Below are positions 28,835-38,574 of a stretch of 64,000 bases of DNA, one piece after another. Made by a program: the position numbers and the translations under genes. Numbering within the stretch: position 1 is the stretch's first letter; every line of letters begins with the position of its first letter. The DNA is from Candidatus Wolfebacteria bacterium RIFCSPLOWO2_01_FULL_47_17b (GTDB taxonomy: Bacteria > Patescibacteriota > Minisyncoccia > UBA6257 > JAGOQP01): assembly GCA_001793865.1 (NCBI GenBank), contig MGIS01000023.1, positions 60,137 to 124,136 of the forward strand. Reading direction: 5' to 3'. The notes under the pieces are model-generated. The model saw only the letters and a program-made list of their open reading frames with translations, was not told where the DNA came from and did no database searches.

Positions 28835-29827
28835 TCAACCTTGGAGACGCAGAAGTTTCGCGGCGTCTTCCGGAAATACGGTGTTTATCTGGACCCCGGT
28901 TCCCAATTCGAATCCTGCGTCTATATTAGATTTTGGCAGAATCCGTATATACCAGTGATGATAGGGATATTCTCCTCCGTCGGTTGCCGGAGCGGTGTGT
29001 ATATACATATTGTAATCCGGGTCGGATAGTTTTTTTTGTATTGATTTGAGTACTTTTTTGAAAGCGATCGCCATATCTTTGAGTACGGCATCCGATGCAG
29101 TCTCGAAGAATACCTCGTGCTCCTTTGGAAACAGCAAAACTTCATACGGTTCCTGAGCGGCATAGGGCACGAACGCGACTACGTGCTTATTTTCGAACAC
29201 GATGCGCTTTTTCCCTTTTCGCTCCGATTTGATTATGTCGCAATACAGGCAGGATTTGTGCTTTTCGTAACAGCGGAGGGAATAAACGAGTTCGTGCGAT
29301 ATATGCGAAGGCACTACCGGCAGAGCAATAATCTGCATATGCGGATGGTACAGCGACGCACCAACCGACGGTCCCCAGTTCTGAAACATTGAGATGTAGT
29401 CTATTTTCGGATCGCCACTCACCTGCAGGTAGCGTTTCCGCAGAGCCTGAAATACGTCAAAGATTTCTCCCTCGGTAAGCTCTGAAAAACGGGTTTCGTG
29501 GTCTTTGGTTATCAGGAGGTCGTGGTATCCATACCCCGCGATTGTCATATGGAATTTTTCGCTGTGTAGGATGTGTTCTTTAGGCGACGTGTCCAAGCCT
29601 GGAAATTTGTTCGGCATGACGGCCGTTTTCCACGAACCGGATTCTGGGAACTGAAAATATGGCGGGAGGTTCCCCGATTTTTCAAGATTTTCAAACGGAC
29701 ACTTTGATTTCGGCGATACCGGTCGTTTTTTCTCAAAAATATCATGGGGCCTTTTTGCGCCCTGCCGCTTCGGCGAAAACAGCACCCATTCGCCCCGCAA
29801 CGCATTAAATCGCAATTCCGAGTTCAT
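28835..29827 (-). CDS. galT: Galactose-1-phosphate uridylyltransferase family
   Basis: SELRFNAL..W, CPF, PNKFP, GASLYHPHMQ, AGFELGTG. Confidence 0.85.
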   Translation of the reverse strand: MNSELRFNALRGEWVLFSPKRQGAKRPHDIFEKKRPVSPKSKCPFENLEKSGNLPPYFQFPESGSWKTAVMPNKFPGLDTSPKEHILHSEKFHMTIAGYGYHDLLITKDHETRFSELTEGEIFDVFQALRKRYLQVSGDPKIDYISMFQNWGPSVGASLYHPHMQIIALPVVPSHISHELVYSLRCYEKHKSCLYCDIIKSERKGKKRIVFENKHVVAFVPYAAQEPYEVLLFPKEHEVFFETASDAVLKDMAIAFKKVLKSIQKKLSDPDYNMYIHTAPATDGGEYPYHHWYIRILPKSNIDAGFELGTGVQINTVFPEDAAKLLRLQG

Positions 29828-29948
29828 ATGCTTATAGTATATGGTATTACGTTAAAACTATAAAGTATGAAAAGGAAAACCGATTTTGTTTCGAAAAACC
29901 GCCGCGCAGGACGACGGTCCGAGCGAGAAGAAAAAATCCAGCAGGATT

Positions 29949-31838
29949 TTATTCTGTGTTTTGAGAAATAGAATCGGTTTTCCTTTCCGAAACACGATGC
30001 TCGTAATACCAAGACAGCACCTCTTGCGCCACAGGCACCGCGTTCAAGCTCCCCTCTTTTGCGTCTTCGATGAGTACGAGTATTGCTATCTCGGGATTAG
30101 GCACCGGCGCATAGCCCACAAAGAACGCGTTTGTTTTCTGGTTATTTTGTATCTGCGCACTACCTGTCTTTCCGGCGATTGCCATGGGGATGCCGGCAAG
30201 CATATGCGAGGTGCCGTACTCCTCAGATACGCCATACAGCATACCCCGCTCCACATCCTCTATTGATTGGGGATTTTTTTGTTCTATGGTATTGAATCGT
30301 TGGTCCTTGGTGTAGTATAGACTCTCCCCGTTTTCTACTTTCGATACGACGTAGGGTTCGTACAGCTTTCCTTTTGCGGCAATACCGCCGATGTAGCGTA
30401 GAAGCTCTATAGGAGAAACCAACAAATCCCCTTGTCCGATGGACACGTTATACGTGTCACCGATCCTCCATATCTGGCCCGTGCGCTTTTCTTTTGATTC
30501 GGGATCCGGCAGATTTCCTTGTGCTTCGCCCGGCAGGTCTATGCCGGTTTTTTCGCCAAGCAGGAATTTTCCCCAGTACGCGCGCAAGCGCTCAATACCC
30601 AATCCCTGCTGCTGCTCAAATCCTCCCCCCACTTCATAGAAGTACACGTTACTCGAGCGCGCCAGCGCGGAGTACACATTCACCCATCCATGCGCCTTCC
30701 AATCCACGAAACGCGACGGCTGTGAAGGCGTGTAGGGGTTGGGCAACTCAATGTAGCCGGTGGAAAGTATTGATGTCATCGGATCCACAATGCCCTCTTC
30801 CAGCGCACCGAACGCGACGAGTGGTTTGATAATGGATCCGGGGCTATATACGCCCGACAGTACTCTGTTGAATGCCGGTTTGGCCGGATCGGAAAATATC
30901 TCGCCCGTTAATTTATTCGTATCGAAACTCGGCAGACTCACAAGCGCCAGCACTTCTCCGGTACGGGGGTTTATTGCAAGGCCGGCGCCCGCGTTCCTAT
31001 CCAAGGACGTGAGTCGGTTTTTTAACGATGTGTAGAGTACTTTTTGCAATTCGGCGTCTATGGTGGTGTAAACTTTTGCGCCGCTTTGCACCGTTTTATC
31101 CACGCGTTCGCCGAGCAGATTGTTTTGTGCGTCTCGCAGGATAATTCGCGAGCCGTTTTCCCCGCGAAGATATTTGTCGTACATAAACTCAATACCCGAT
31201 TTTCCTATCTCGTCGTTTAAATCGAGGTTCGCATTCCCTTGTAAATCGTCCGCGCTCACCAGGCCCGTATAACCGACTACGTGCGCAAACATTTCGGCAT
31301 CCGTATATGAGCGGCTGAAGCCGTCTTCCACGATAACCGCCGGAATTTGAGCTTTTTTAAGCTCAATAATCGATTGCAATGGCACGTTGCGCGCGAGAAT
31401 AAGATACGACTGCGTTTCGAGGTTAATGTGTTCAAGCGCTTCCTGTGCGGCATTCATATCATACTCAACATATGAACGCACTGCCGAAAGTATGTCTCCT
31501 ATCTTCTCCTTTTGTTTGAACAGCTCGGAAAGATTCAAGCTTACATTAAAGCTCGCTTCGTTCTTAACAAGCGGTATGCCGTAGCGGTCGTATATGATTC
31601 CTCGCGGCGCACGCAGAATAATTTCCTGCCCCGCGTTCGCGTACGCGCGGCTTGCGAACTGGCCGTTTTTGGCGAGTCCGAAATATGCCGTCCGTCCGAC
31701 AAAGAGCAGCGCAACAAGCACCGTTATCGCGCCAAATAGTATAAACAATCGTCCCGAAAGAGGCCGCTCAAGTATGTCGTAGCCCTCGTGCAGATCATCA
31801 AGCACCGCGTCTTCTAATGTGAAATCTTCTGTGCCCAT
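29949..31838 (-). CDS. mrdA: Penicillin-binding protein 2
   Basis: APRGIIYDR, GKSGIE, PGSIIKP (SxxK), SSN, KTG; follows mreC. Confidence 0.92.
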   Translation of the reverse strand: MGTEDFTLEDAVLDDLHEGYDILERPLSGRLFILFGAITVLVALLFVGRTAYFGLAKNGQFASRAYANAGQEIILRAPRGIIYDRYGIPLVKNEASFNVSLNLSELFKQKEKIGDILSAVRSYVEYDMNAAQEALEHINLETQSYLILARNVPLQSIIELKKAQIPAVIVEDGFSRSYTDAEMFAHVVGYTGLVSADDLQGNANLDLNDEIGKSGIEFMYDKYLRGENGSRIILRDAQNNLLGERVDKTVQSGAKVYTTIDAELQKVLYTSLKNRLTSLDRNAGAGLAINPRTGEVLALVSLPSFDTNKLTGEIFSDPAKPAFNRVLSGVYSPGSIIKPLVAFGALEEGIVDPMTSILSTGYIELPNPYTPSQPSRFVDWKAHGWVNVYSALARSSNVYFYEVGGGFEQQQGLGIERLRAYWGKFLLGEKTGIDLPGEAQGNLPDPESKEKRTGQIWRIGDTYNVSIGQGDLLVSPIELLRYIGGIAAKGKLYEPYVVSKVENGESLYYTKDQRFNTIEQKNPQSIEDVERGMLYGVSEEYGTSHMLAGIPMAIAGKTGSAQIQNNQKTNAFFVGYAPVPNPEIAILVLIEDAKEGSLNAVPVAQEVLSWYYEHRVSERKTDSISQNTE

Positions 31839-32281
31839 ATATGAAGTCCGTATAACAGTATAGCAAGGGCGCCAGTATACAAAAACTCAAGATAAAAGTA
31901 CACCGAAGTGAAGAATGTTCCTTCAAAGAATATAAGCCAAAACAGAATGTGAAAGCATGCCAGCATCAGAAGGCCCATAAAAAATGACTTCTTCAAAACA
32001 AGGAACCGTACAACGGCAAACGCGGCAACGCTTGCTGCTGCGGTAAAAAATAATTCGGCTGTCACGCTCGGCGCATACTTCAGCCACACCAGCAGAAGCA
32101 GCGTGTACAGCGCGTACGCGGTAATCTCGCTTAAAAAAAATGCTCCTACGACCGCCGCCGCGAGCGCGTAATTTACCGACACCGGCAGTAGTGGAAAAAC
32201 GGTGTAGGATAAAGCGACAATAATAAGAAATATGATTGCCGTCTGCAGAAGTTGGGATTGAAGAAAGTGTCTGTCTTTCAT
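31814..32281 (-). CDS. Membrane protein, probable MreD
   Basis: Five TM helices between mreC and mrdA. Confidence 0.55.
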   Translation of the reverse strand: MKDRHFLQSQLLQTAIIFLIIVALSYTVFPLLPVSVNYALAAAVVGAFFLSEITAYALYTLLLLVWLKYAPSVTAELFFTAAASVAAFAVVRFLVLKKSFFMGLLMLACFHILFWLIFFEGTFFTSVYFYLEFLYTGALAILLYGLHIWAQKISH

Positions 32282-32286
32282 ATGGC

Positions 32287-32360
32287 AATTTCGAAACTTC
32301 AGTCATTCATCCGCCAGCTGGCGGATTGAATCGAAATTAGAAATTCGAAATTAGAAATTA
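32287..32360. repeat. Composite heptamer + TCCGCCAGCTGGCGGA repeat, near-identical copy at 37755-37835
   Basis: AATTTCGAAACTTCAGTCATTCATCCGCCAGCTGGCGGAT..GAATCGAAATT..AAATTAGAAATTA at both loci. Confidence 0.85.
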
Positions 32361-33071
32361 GTTTGTTAATACGAACACCGTTCTCAAGGCGTTCAAATTA
32401 TATGGCACCTCTATCGTGGCTTGAAAGAACGCGCCCGACGCGTCTTCGCTTACGCTTTTTACGTAACCGACACTCAGCCCGTACGGCATATCGCGCGACG
32501 CGGTGACGATCCTGTCTCCCGACGCGATTTGCTTGGACTTGTCTATGAGCGTGAGCCGCGGCGCAATACCTCCCTGCAACAGCGCGTCGGTCTCCTGCAT
32601 ACCTACGCGAACCGGCAGCGCAAACGACGTGTCATAAAGCGTTATAATTTCGCTTCGATTCTCCGATACTTTCTCAACAATACCCACAAAAACAGTGTCC
32701 GAAATAAGGACCGCTTTGCCCTTTGTAACTCCTTCTTCCGCTCCGCTTCCGATGTATATGCGATTTTTCGTATTGAACGGATACAGCGAGTATACCTTTG
32801 CGGATATAACGTCATTGCGAGCGAGCGTAGCGAGCGCGGCAATCTCTCCCTCTTCGTCATTCTGAGCAAAGCGAAGAATCTCATTATTTTTATCTTCAAT
32901 TTGTAACCTGAGACTCTGATTCTCCTCCAGGAGCTGCGGTATCCGCCACACGGCCGAAATATAGTCCCCTATGGAAAGATTTTTTTTAAAATAAAAAGGC
33001 GTTGCCACAAGCACCGCCGCAAGCACCAGAATTATGACATATAAAACCGTGTTGTTCTTTCGTCCGATCAT
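32358..33071 (-). CDS. mreC: Rod shape-determining protein MreC
   Basis: TM, LLEENQSLR coil, IGSGAEEGV, GDRIVTAS..PYGLSVG. Confidence 0.88.
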   Translation of the reverse strand: MIGRKNNTVLYVIILVLAAVLVATPFYFKKNLSIGDYISAVWRIPQLLEENQSLRLQIEDKNNEILRFAQNDEEGEIAALATLARNDVISAKVYSLYPFNTKNRIYIGSGAEEGVTKGKAVLISDTVFVGIVEKVSENRSEIITLYDTSFALPVRVGMQETDALLQGGIAPRLTLIDKSKQIASGDRIVTASRDMPYGLSVGYVKSVSEDASGAFFQATIEVPYNLNALRTVFVLTN

Positions 33072-33141
33072 TTCTCACCCATCTTACAATAAAAAACAGA
33101 CCTTCTCAATGGCGAGAAGGCCTGGTTGATCTATCTTTGTT

Positions 33142-33486
33142 TTATTTAAACTCAGCATCGACAGTATGAACTGATTGGAATTTTACCTTTCCAGAATCAT
33201 CGAGGATTTGAATTCCATCAATAGAAATATCATCCTCCTCATTATATCCTTCAAAGCCGCCGAATGCATATAAACGAACACGCTCTCCACAGTCTATTCT
33301 GTAATTTGCGTCGCTCACCGTCATTTTTCCCTTAAAGTTATCGATCCTAACGGTTAGATTGCTGTACCCCTTTCTGTCAGTTGAAAAATTGTATGCAGAT
33401 GAAAATTCTATAATTCCCTCAATAAAAAGTGCTTCCTGAGCTTTCTCGCCTTCGTTGATGAAGTCGGTAGATACTAACCTCTCCAT
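33142..33486 (-). CDS. Hypothetical protein
   Basis: 114-aa AT-rich ORF with its own promoter (TTGACT-18-TATAAT at 33684-33713) and terminator (~33097-33125). Confidence 0.6.
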   Translation of the reverse strand: MERLVSTDFINEGEKAQEALFIEGIIEFSSAYNFSTDRKGYSNLTVRIDNFKGKMTVSDANYRIDCGERVRLYAFGGFEGYNEEDDISIDGIQILDDSGKVKFQSVHTVDAEFK

Positions 33487-33763
33487 TTTGTCTCCTTTTT
33501 TTTATTAATTTAATTTGTTTGGGTCAAGATTCGAAGTTAGCTGTCATCCTGAGCGAAGCGAAGGATCTCTACATAACAATGAGATTCTTCATCCGCCAGC
33601 TGGCGGATTCAGAATGACGAGAATACTCGTCACCTGAATCAAACAAATTAAATCCAATGAAATTTTCAATGTTCCTAGCGGACATTATAGCACACTTCCC
33701 GCAAAAAAGTCAATCCCTCACATAAATTTTTATGTGAGGGATAAAGCCCCTCTATTTAAGCCG

Positions 33764-34030
33764 TTATCGGTAAATATCGTGCGTTCCTATTTCCAAGAAC
33801 AGCACGGTTTCCTCTTCAAGAAAAATAAACTTTATTCTATGTGATTTCGTAACTGAAAATGACCACGCTTCTTTGTCCTTGCCGTGAAGTTTATGCGTGT
33901 CTAACCTCGGATTAAACGGATCTTCTTTAAAAATCTTTTCTCTTTCTACGGCAACGGCCTGTATCCTCTTTGGGAGCTTTCTGTACTGCTTCTGAAATTT
34001 TGTGCTTACGCGCACTTCACGGACAGCCAT
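33764..34030 (-). CDS. RelE/ParE-superfamily toxin
   Basis: FQKQYRKLP..DPFNPRLDTHKLHG..WSFSV..HRIKF..IGTHDIYR. Confidence 0.88.
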   Translation of the reverse strand: MAVREVRVSTKFQKQYRKLPKRIQAVAVEREKIFKEDPFNPRLDTHKLHGKDKEAWSFSVTKSHRIKFIFLEEETVLFLEIGTHDIYR

Positions 34031-34042
34031 AGTTTTAAATAA

Positions 34043-34264
34043 TTATGCCAAATCAGCTAGTGACTTTAGTCTTTTTGTTTTCCCTGCTTTATATTCCCGC
34101 AATCCTTCTTTTACAAGTTTGTCCAATTTTTCAGCTTTTTTACCTTTGAGATAAAATGTTGGTACTACGCGTGCAATGAGTTCCTTGTACTTTTTCACAG
34201 GCAAGACCACCACACCTTCGTGTTTTTCAACACTTTCCTTTCTGATGGTAATTACATTATTCAT
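34043..34264 (-). CDS. Putative antitoxin
   Basis: VVVLPVKKYKEL..EGLREYKAGKTKRLKSLADL, directly upstream of the toxin. Confidence 0.75.
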   Translation of the reverse strand: MNNVITIRKESVEKHEGVVVLPVKKYKELIARVVPTFYLKGKKAEKLDKLVKEGLREYKAGKTKRLKSLADLA

Positions 34265-34360
34265 ATACACAGTATAACGAATTATGGGCGGAATTGCTAC
34301 AGATGAGATTATCGCACACGAGGTTCAACCTCCCCAAACCGAGGTTGAACCTCGTGTTCC

Positions 34361-35398
34361 TTATTCTAATATAATCGGCTTGAGAGACAGCGAAAATATC
34401 GGCTCAAAACGCTCAATGTTTTCCGCGGCCGTGCCGCATCCGCGCACCACGCACGTGAGCGGATCGTCAACAAGCACCGTTTTAACGCCGAGTTCTTTTT
34501 CAATAAGCTGATCCAGCCCGCGCAGGAGCGATCCTCCGCCGGACAAGTGTATGCCGTTTCTGATCACATCCCCCGAAAGCTCGGGTGGAATTTTTTCAAT
34601 CGTGTCTTTGATAGCTTCGAGTATATGCTTGAGTGAAAGCATTAAAGCCATGCGCACGTGTGAATCCTTGAGCATGATTTCTTTCGGCAAACCCGACGCC
34701 GCGTCGCGACCCGCGACAGTCATTTCCAATTTTTCTTGGGACGGGATTGCCGCGCCTATTTCCATTTTAATACGCTCCGACGTCGCTTCACCAATTATAA
34801 GTTTGAATTCCTCACGAACATATTGCCGGATGTCGTCGTTGCACTTGTCTCCCGCTATCTTTAAGCTTCGCGACACCACAACGCCTCCCATGGAAATAAC
34901 GGCGATTTCGGTCGTCCCACCTCCGATATCTACGATCATATTGGCGGTCGGCTCGTCTATAGGGAGCCCCGCGCCAAGTACAGCCGCGATAGGCTCTTCC
35001 AACAAGTACACGCTTGATGCGCCGGAAGATATAACCGCATCTTCAACCGACTTGCGCTCCACTTCGGTCAGATTCGTGGGTACCGCGACCACCGCCCGAA
35101 CGTATTTAAAGATCGAATCTTTTTTTATTTTTTGAAGGTAGTGCTTGAGCACCTCCTGTGCCATCAAAAAATCCGATATCACGCCATTTACCAGTGGACG
35201 TACCACTTCGATGTGCACGGGTGTCCGCCCCAGCATCCGTTTCGCGGCTTCGCCGATCGCGACGGTCTGGCCGCTTTTGGTGTTTATTGCTATGACGGTC
35301 GGCTCGTTTGCCACGATGCCCTCGCCTTTTGCGTACACGAGCGTATTGGCCGTTCCGAGATCCACACCGATATCTGTTTTAACGCTGAATAGTCCCAT
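34361..35398 (-). CDS. mreB: Rod shape-determining protein MreB
   Basis: GVDLGTANT, TEVERKS, EEPIAA, DIGGGTTE, SGGGSLL. Confidence 0.95.
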   Translation of the reverse strand: MGLFSVKTDIGVDLGTANTLVYAKGEGIVANEPTVIAINTKSGQTVAIGEAAKRMLGRTPVHIEVVRPLVNGVISDFLMAQEVLKHYLQKIKKDSIFKYVRAVVAVPTNLTEVERKSVEDAVISSGASSVYLLEEPIAAVLGAGLPIDEPTANMIVDIGGGTTEIAVISMGGVVVSRSLKIAGDKCNDDIRQYVREEFKLIIGEATSERIKMEIGAAIPSQEKLEMTVAGRDAASGLPKEIMLKDSHVRMALMLSLKHILEAIKDTIEKIPPELSGDVIRNGIHLSGGGSLLRGLDQLIEKELGVKTVLVDDPLTCVVRGCGTAAENIERFEPIFSLSLKPIILE

Positions 35399-36621
35399 TA
35401 TTTCTTGAAATATTTTCTAATAAATGTTTCGTCAACCAGCTTTGTTGTTTCTTCGTTCCGCTTTTTGAACTCGATCTTTTTGCCGGTTTTGGAGCTTACC
35501 ACGAGTCGAACGGGAATTCCAATGAGGTCGCTTTCGGCAAATTTTTCACCCGCCGAAACACTTCTTTCATCATACAAGACATCGATACCCGCCTCGATCA
35601 GCTCTTTATATAATTTTTTCGCCTTTCCGTTAGTTCCCGGAAGCTCTATGAGATGCGCGTCAAACGGAGCCACTTCCGCGGGCCACACGATACCTCTATC
35701 GTCGTGCAGGGCTTCAACAATCGTTCCCATCAGCCGTGATATACCCATGCCGTAGCAGCCCATTATAACCGGATGTGTATTTCCTTTCGCATCCTTATAT
35801 GTGAGTGAAAATGGTTCGCTATATTTCGTGCCAAGACGGAATATGTTGCCGACTTCCGCTCCCTGCCGGATTGAAACTATCGCTCCGCATACCGGGCATG
35901 GCCCTCCTTCACGCGTATCGTTTATTTCCCTGTTCTGCGCAAGTCCGCATTTTTTGCAGTATACAATCTGGTCCTCGCCGCTTTCCAAGAACACCTGGAA
36001 TTCATGCGAGAATTTCGAAAATGTACCTCCCGAAGCTTCCACGAGCACCGTGTCTACACCGAGTTTTTTGAACACCTTTTTGTACGCCTTGATTGCCTGT
36101 TCGTAGTATGCATCCAAGTCCTTCGTACTCGCGTGAAACGAATAAAGGTCCTTCATTAAAAACTCCCTTCCGCGCAGAAGCCCCGATTTGGCGCGCGGTT
36201 CGTCGCGGAATTTTGTCTGAATCTGGTACAGCCCCAGCGGCAGATCTTTGTAAGAAAATATCGCTTTTTGCGCGAGCGGAGATATCACCTCTTCATGCGT
36301 GGGTCCGAGCGCGTACTCTTTTTTGTCGCGTCCAGCGATCTTAAAAAGCACATCCAGCGTCTTCCATCTTCCGGTTTTTTCCCAGTTTTCTTTGGGATGC
36401 ATGACGGGCATCAGAAGCTCATGCGCGCCGAGCGCGTCCATTTCTTTTCGCACAATACTCTCAATATTTTTCAGCACGCGGATGCCCAGCGGCAGATACG
36501 TGTACACGCCGGACGCGAGCTTGTCTACAAATCCGCCGCGGATAAGAAGACGCGCACTGACGGCCTCCTCGTCTCGAGGAGATTCCTTTCGTATAAAGTT
36601 GGGAAGCTGGGATTGCAACAT
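35398..36621 (-). CDS. proS: Prolyl-tRNA synthetase (no editing domain)
   Basis: GPTHEE, QTKFRDEPR, REFLMKDLYSF, MGCYGMG. Confidence 0.95.
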   Translation of the reverse strand: MLQSQLPNFIRKESPRDEEAVSARLLIRGGFVDKLASGVYTYLPLGIRVLKNIESIVRKEMDALGAHELLMPVMHPKENWEKTGRWKTLDVLFKIAGRDKKEYALGPTHEEVISPLAQKAIFSYKDLPLGLYQIQTKFRDEPRAKSGLLRGREFLMKDLYSFHASTKDLDAYYEQAIKAYKKVFKKLGVDTVLVEASGGTFSKFSHEFQVFLESGEDQIVYCKKCGLAQNREINDTREGGPCPVCGAIVSIRQGAEVGNIFRLGTKYSEPFSLTYKDAKGNTHPVIMGCYGMGISRLMGTIVEALHDDRGIVWPAEVAPFDAHLIELPGTNGKAKKLYKELIEAGIDVLYDERSVSAGEKFAESDLIGIPVRLVVSSKTGKKIEFKKRNEETTKLVDETFIRKYFKK

Positions 36622-37685
36622 TAAAATATTCTACTGATATCTTGTATGCTAACAGCGATGATGAATAAAATCAAAATCGCAAACCCGATGCCGTTGAACC
36701 ACAGCTGCGTTTTCGCGCGCACGGGAGATCCCTTTATCTTTTCAATGAGAACCAAAAGTATGCGCCCTCCATCAAGCGCCGGAAATGGGAATATATTGAG
36801 TGCCGCCAGGTTCAGCGAGATAAGCGCGATGAGATGCCCCAGATAGACCAGCCCCAAATCCGCCGCCTGCGAGGTTACTTGAAATATGCCTATCGGTCCC
36901 GCGAGCCGTGAGAATAGATCTTCGCCGCTTACGACGCTTGCGATAAGCCGCGCAATGAGTATGAATATCATACTGAAAATTTCCCATGACAGCTCTAGCC
37001 CCTTGCCGATCGCCGAAAAAAAGGATTGCCGTTCAATGCCCGCCCCTTGAATCTGTATGCCTACGGGGCCTTCTCCTTGTGGAGGCGCTTCGCGCGGCAC
37101 CAGTGTTATTTCCTTTATTTCCTCTCCTCGCTGAATGCTGAACGTGAAATTCTGACCGATATGCTCATCCGTGCTTTGGATAAATGCCTCCGCGGTTTCG
37201 TACCCCATAAGGGCGTCGCCCGCCTCAAGGCCTGCTTGAGCAGCCGGGGAATCTGGCGCAATGGTGCCGACGTACGCTTGCTGAGGGATTCCCGCCATAA
37301 ATACAGCCGTCAGGAATATCCAGCCGATAATGAAGTTCATAAAAACGCCCGCCATCAGAACGAAAATTCTTTGCCAAGCCGGCTTGCTGTAAAAATATTG
37401 CTCTTCCGGTATCTGCGCGATTTGCTTTGCAGGATTGAGCCTTATCTCCTCTTCCAGCACTTCTTTCCCGTTCTCGCCCGGGATTTTTACATATCCGCCT
37501 ATCGGGATCGCGCCAACCGAAAAATTTGTCCCGTTTCTCTTTTTTGAAAAAATTTTTGGCGGGAATCCGATCGCAAATTCCTCCACATACATTTTGCACA
37601 TCCGAGCGGTCGAAAAATGCCCGTACTCGTGGGCCAAGATCAGGAAAGCCAATATAACTATGAATACTATGAGATCGACGATCAT
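36621..37685 (-). CDS. rseP: RIP metalloprotease RseP (M50, PDZ)
   Basis: HEYGH, PIGGYVKI, AGVFMN, NIFPFPALDGGR. Confidence 0.93.
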   Translation of the reverse strand: MIVDLIVFIVILAFLILAHEYGHFSTARMCKMYVEEFAIGFPPKIFSKKRNGTNFSVGAIPIGGYVKIPGENGKEVLEEEIRLNPAKQIAQIPEEQYFYSKPAWQRIFVLMAGVFMNFIIGWIFLTAVFMAGIPQQAYVGTIAPDSPAAQAGLEAGDALMGYETAEAFIQSTDEHIGQNFTFSIQRGEEIKEITLVPREAPPQGEGPVGIQIQGAGIERQSFFSAIGKGLELSWEIFSMIFILIARLIASVVSGEDLFSRLAGPIGIFQVTSQAADLGLVYLGHLIALISLNLAALNIFPFPALDGGRILLVLIEKIKGSPVRAKTQLWFNGIGFAILILFIIAVSIQDISRIF

Positions 37686-37856
37686 GGTGACGTATGGATG
37701 GTTCTTAAATTTTGAATTTCGAGTTCCGAATTTCGAATCAAATCCTAATGTATTAATTTCGAAACTTCAGTCATTCATCCGCCAGCTGGCGGATCGCGGA
37801 TTGAATCGAAATTCAAAATTAGAAATTAGAAATTATTTTATATCCGCTGGTACATA

Positions 37857-38402
37857 TTATTCATTAATTTCAATTTCTTTTTTCTTCAACATATCGTCAA
37901 TCGTGGCGTTGAATTCCTCCATCTGTTTTTGCATTGTTTCCTGTAGTTCGAATTTATCGTCTTCGGTCATATCACCGCTCTTTTCCTTCGCGCCAATTTC
38001 TTTTTTGATTTCATCTCTGATGGTGCGCGATTTGATCCGCGCTTCTTCGGCTTTGGATCTGATTACCTTCAAAAGTTCTTCACGCCGCTCCTGCGTGAGC
38101 TGGGGCAGGTTGGCATGAATGATATTTCCTTCGCGTGCCGCCTGCAGATTCAGCTTGTCAGATATCGCTTTGGCAACCGCGTCCGCCGCGCTCCCGTCCC
38201 ACACGCTCACCTGCACCTCGCGGGGTGGGATAACCGAAATGGAACCCAGTTGTTTAATGGGCAGCCTTTGGCCAAAATATTCCACCTGAATATCCTCCAC
38301 CAGCGCGGGTGAGGGCCTTGATCCGCGTATCGACGAGATCTCGTCTCTGAAAAACTTCATTATCTCCGCAAGCTTTTGTTTAAGTTGTTCTGAAAAATCC
38401 AT
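37857..38402 (-). CDS. frr: Ribosome recycling factor
   Basis: IRGSRPSPALVE, LPQLTQERREEL, KKKEI. Confidence 0.93.
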   Translation of the reverse strand: MDFSEQLKQKLAEIMKFFRDEISSIRGSRPSPALVEDIQVEYFGQRLPIKQLGSISVIPPREVQVSVWDGSAADAVAKAISDKLNLQAAREGNIIHANLPQLTQERREELLKVIRSKAEEARIKSRTIRDEIKKEIGAKEKSGDMTEDDKFELQETMQKQMEEFNATIDDMLKKKEIEINE

Positions 38403-38574
38403 GAGAAATATAATGCTAATCTCAAATGCGTATGCGAATGATACTAATAAAAAGCCAAAAATACAAATGCCCGTTCACCCCCACACCATAACGAGTATGG
38501 CACTGCGTGCTTTGTGAAAATAACACTCGTTTGGTGTGGGGGAAATAAAATCCCCCGCACAAGACGCGGGATTT

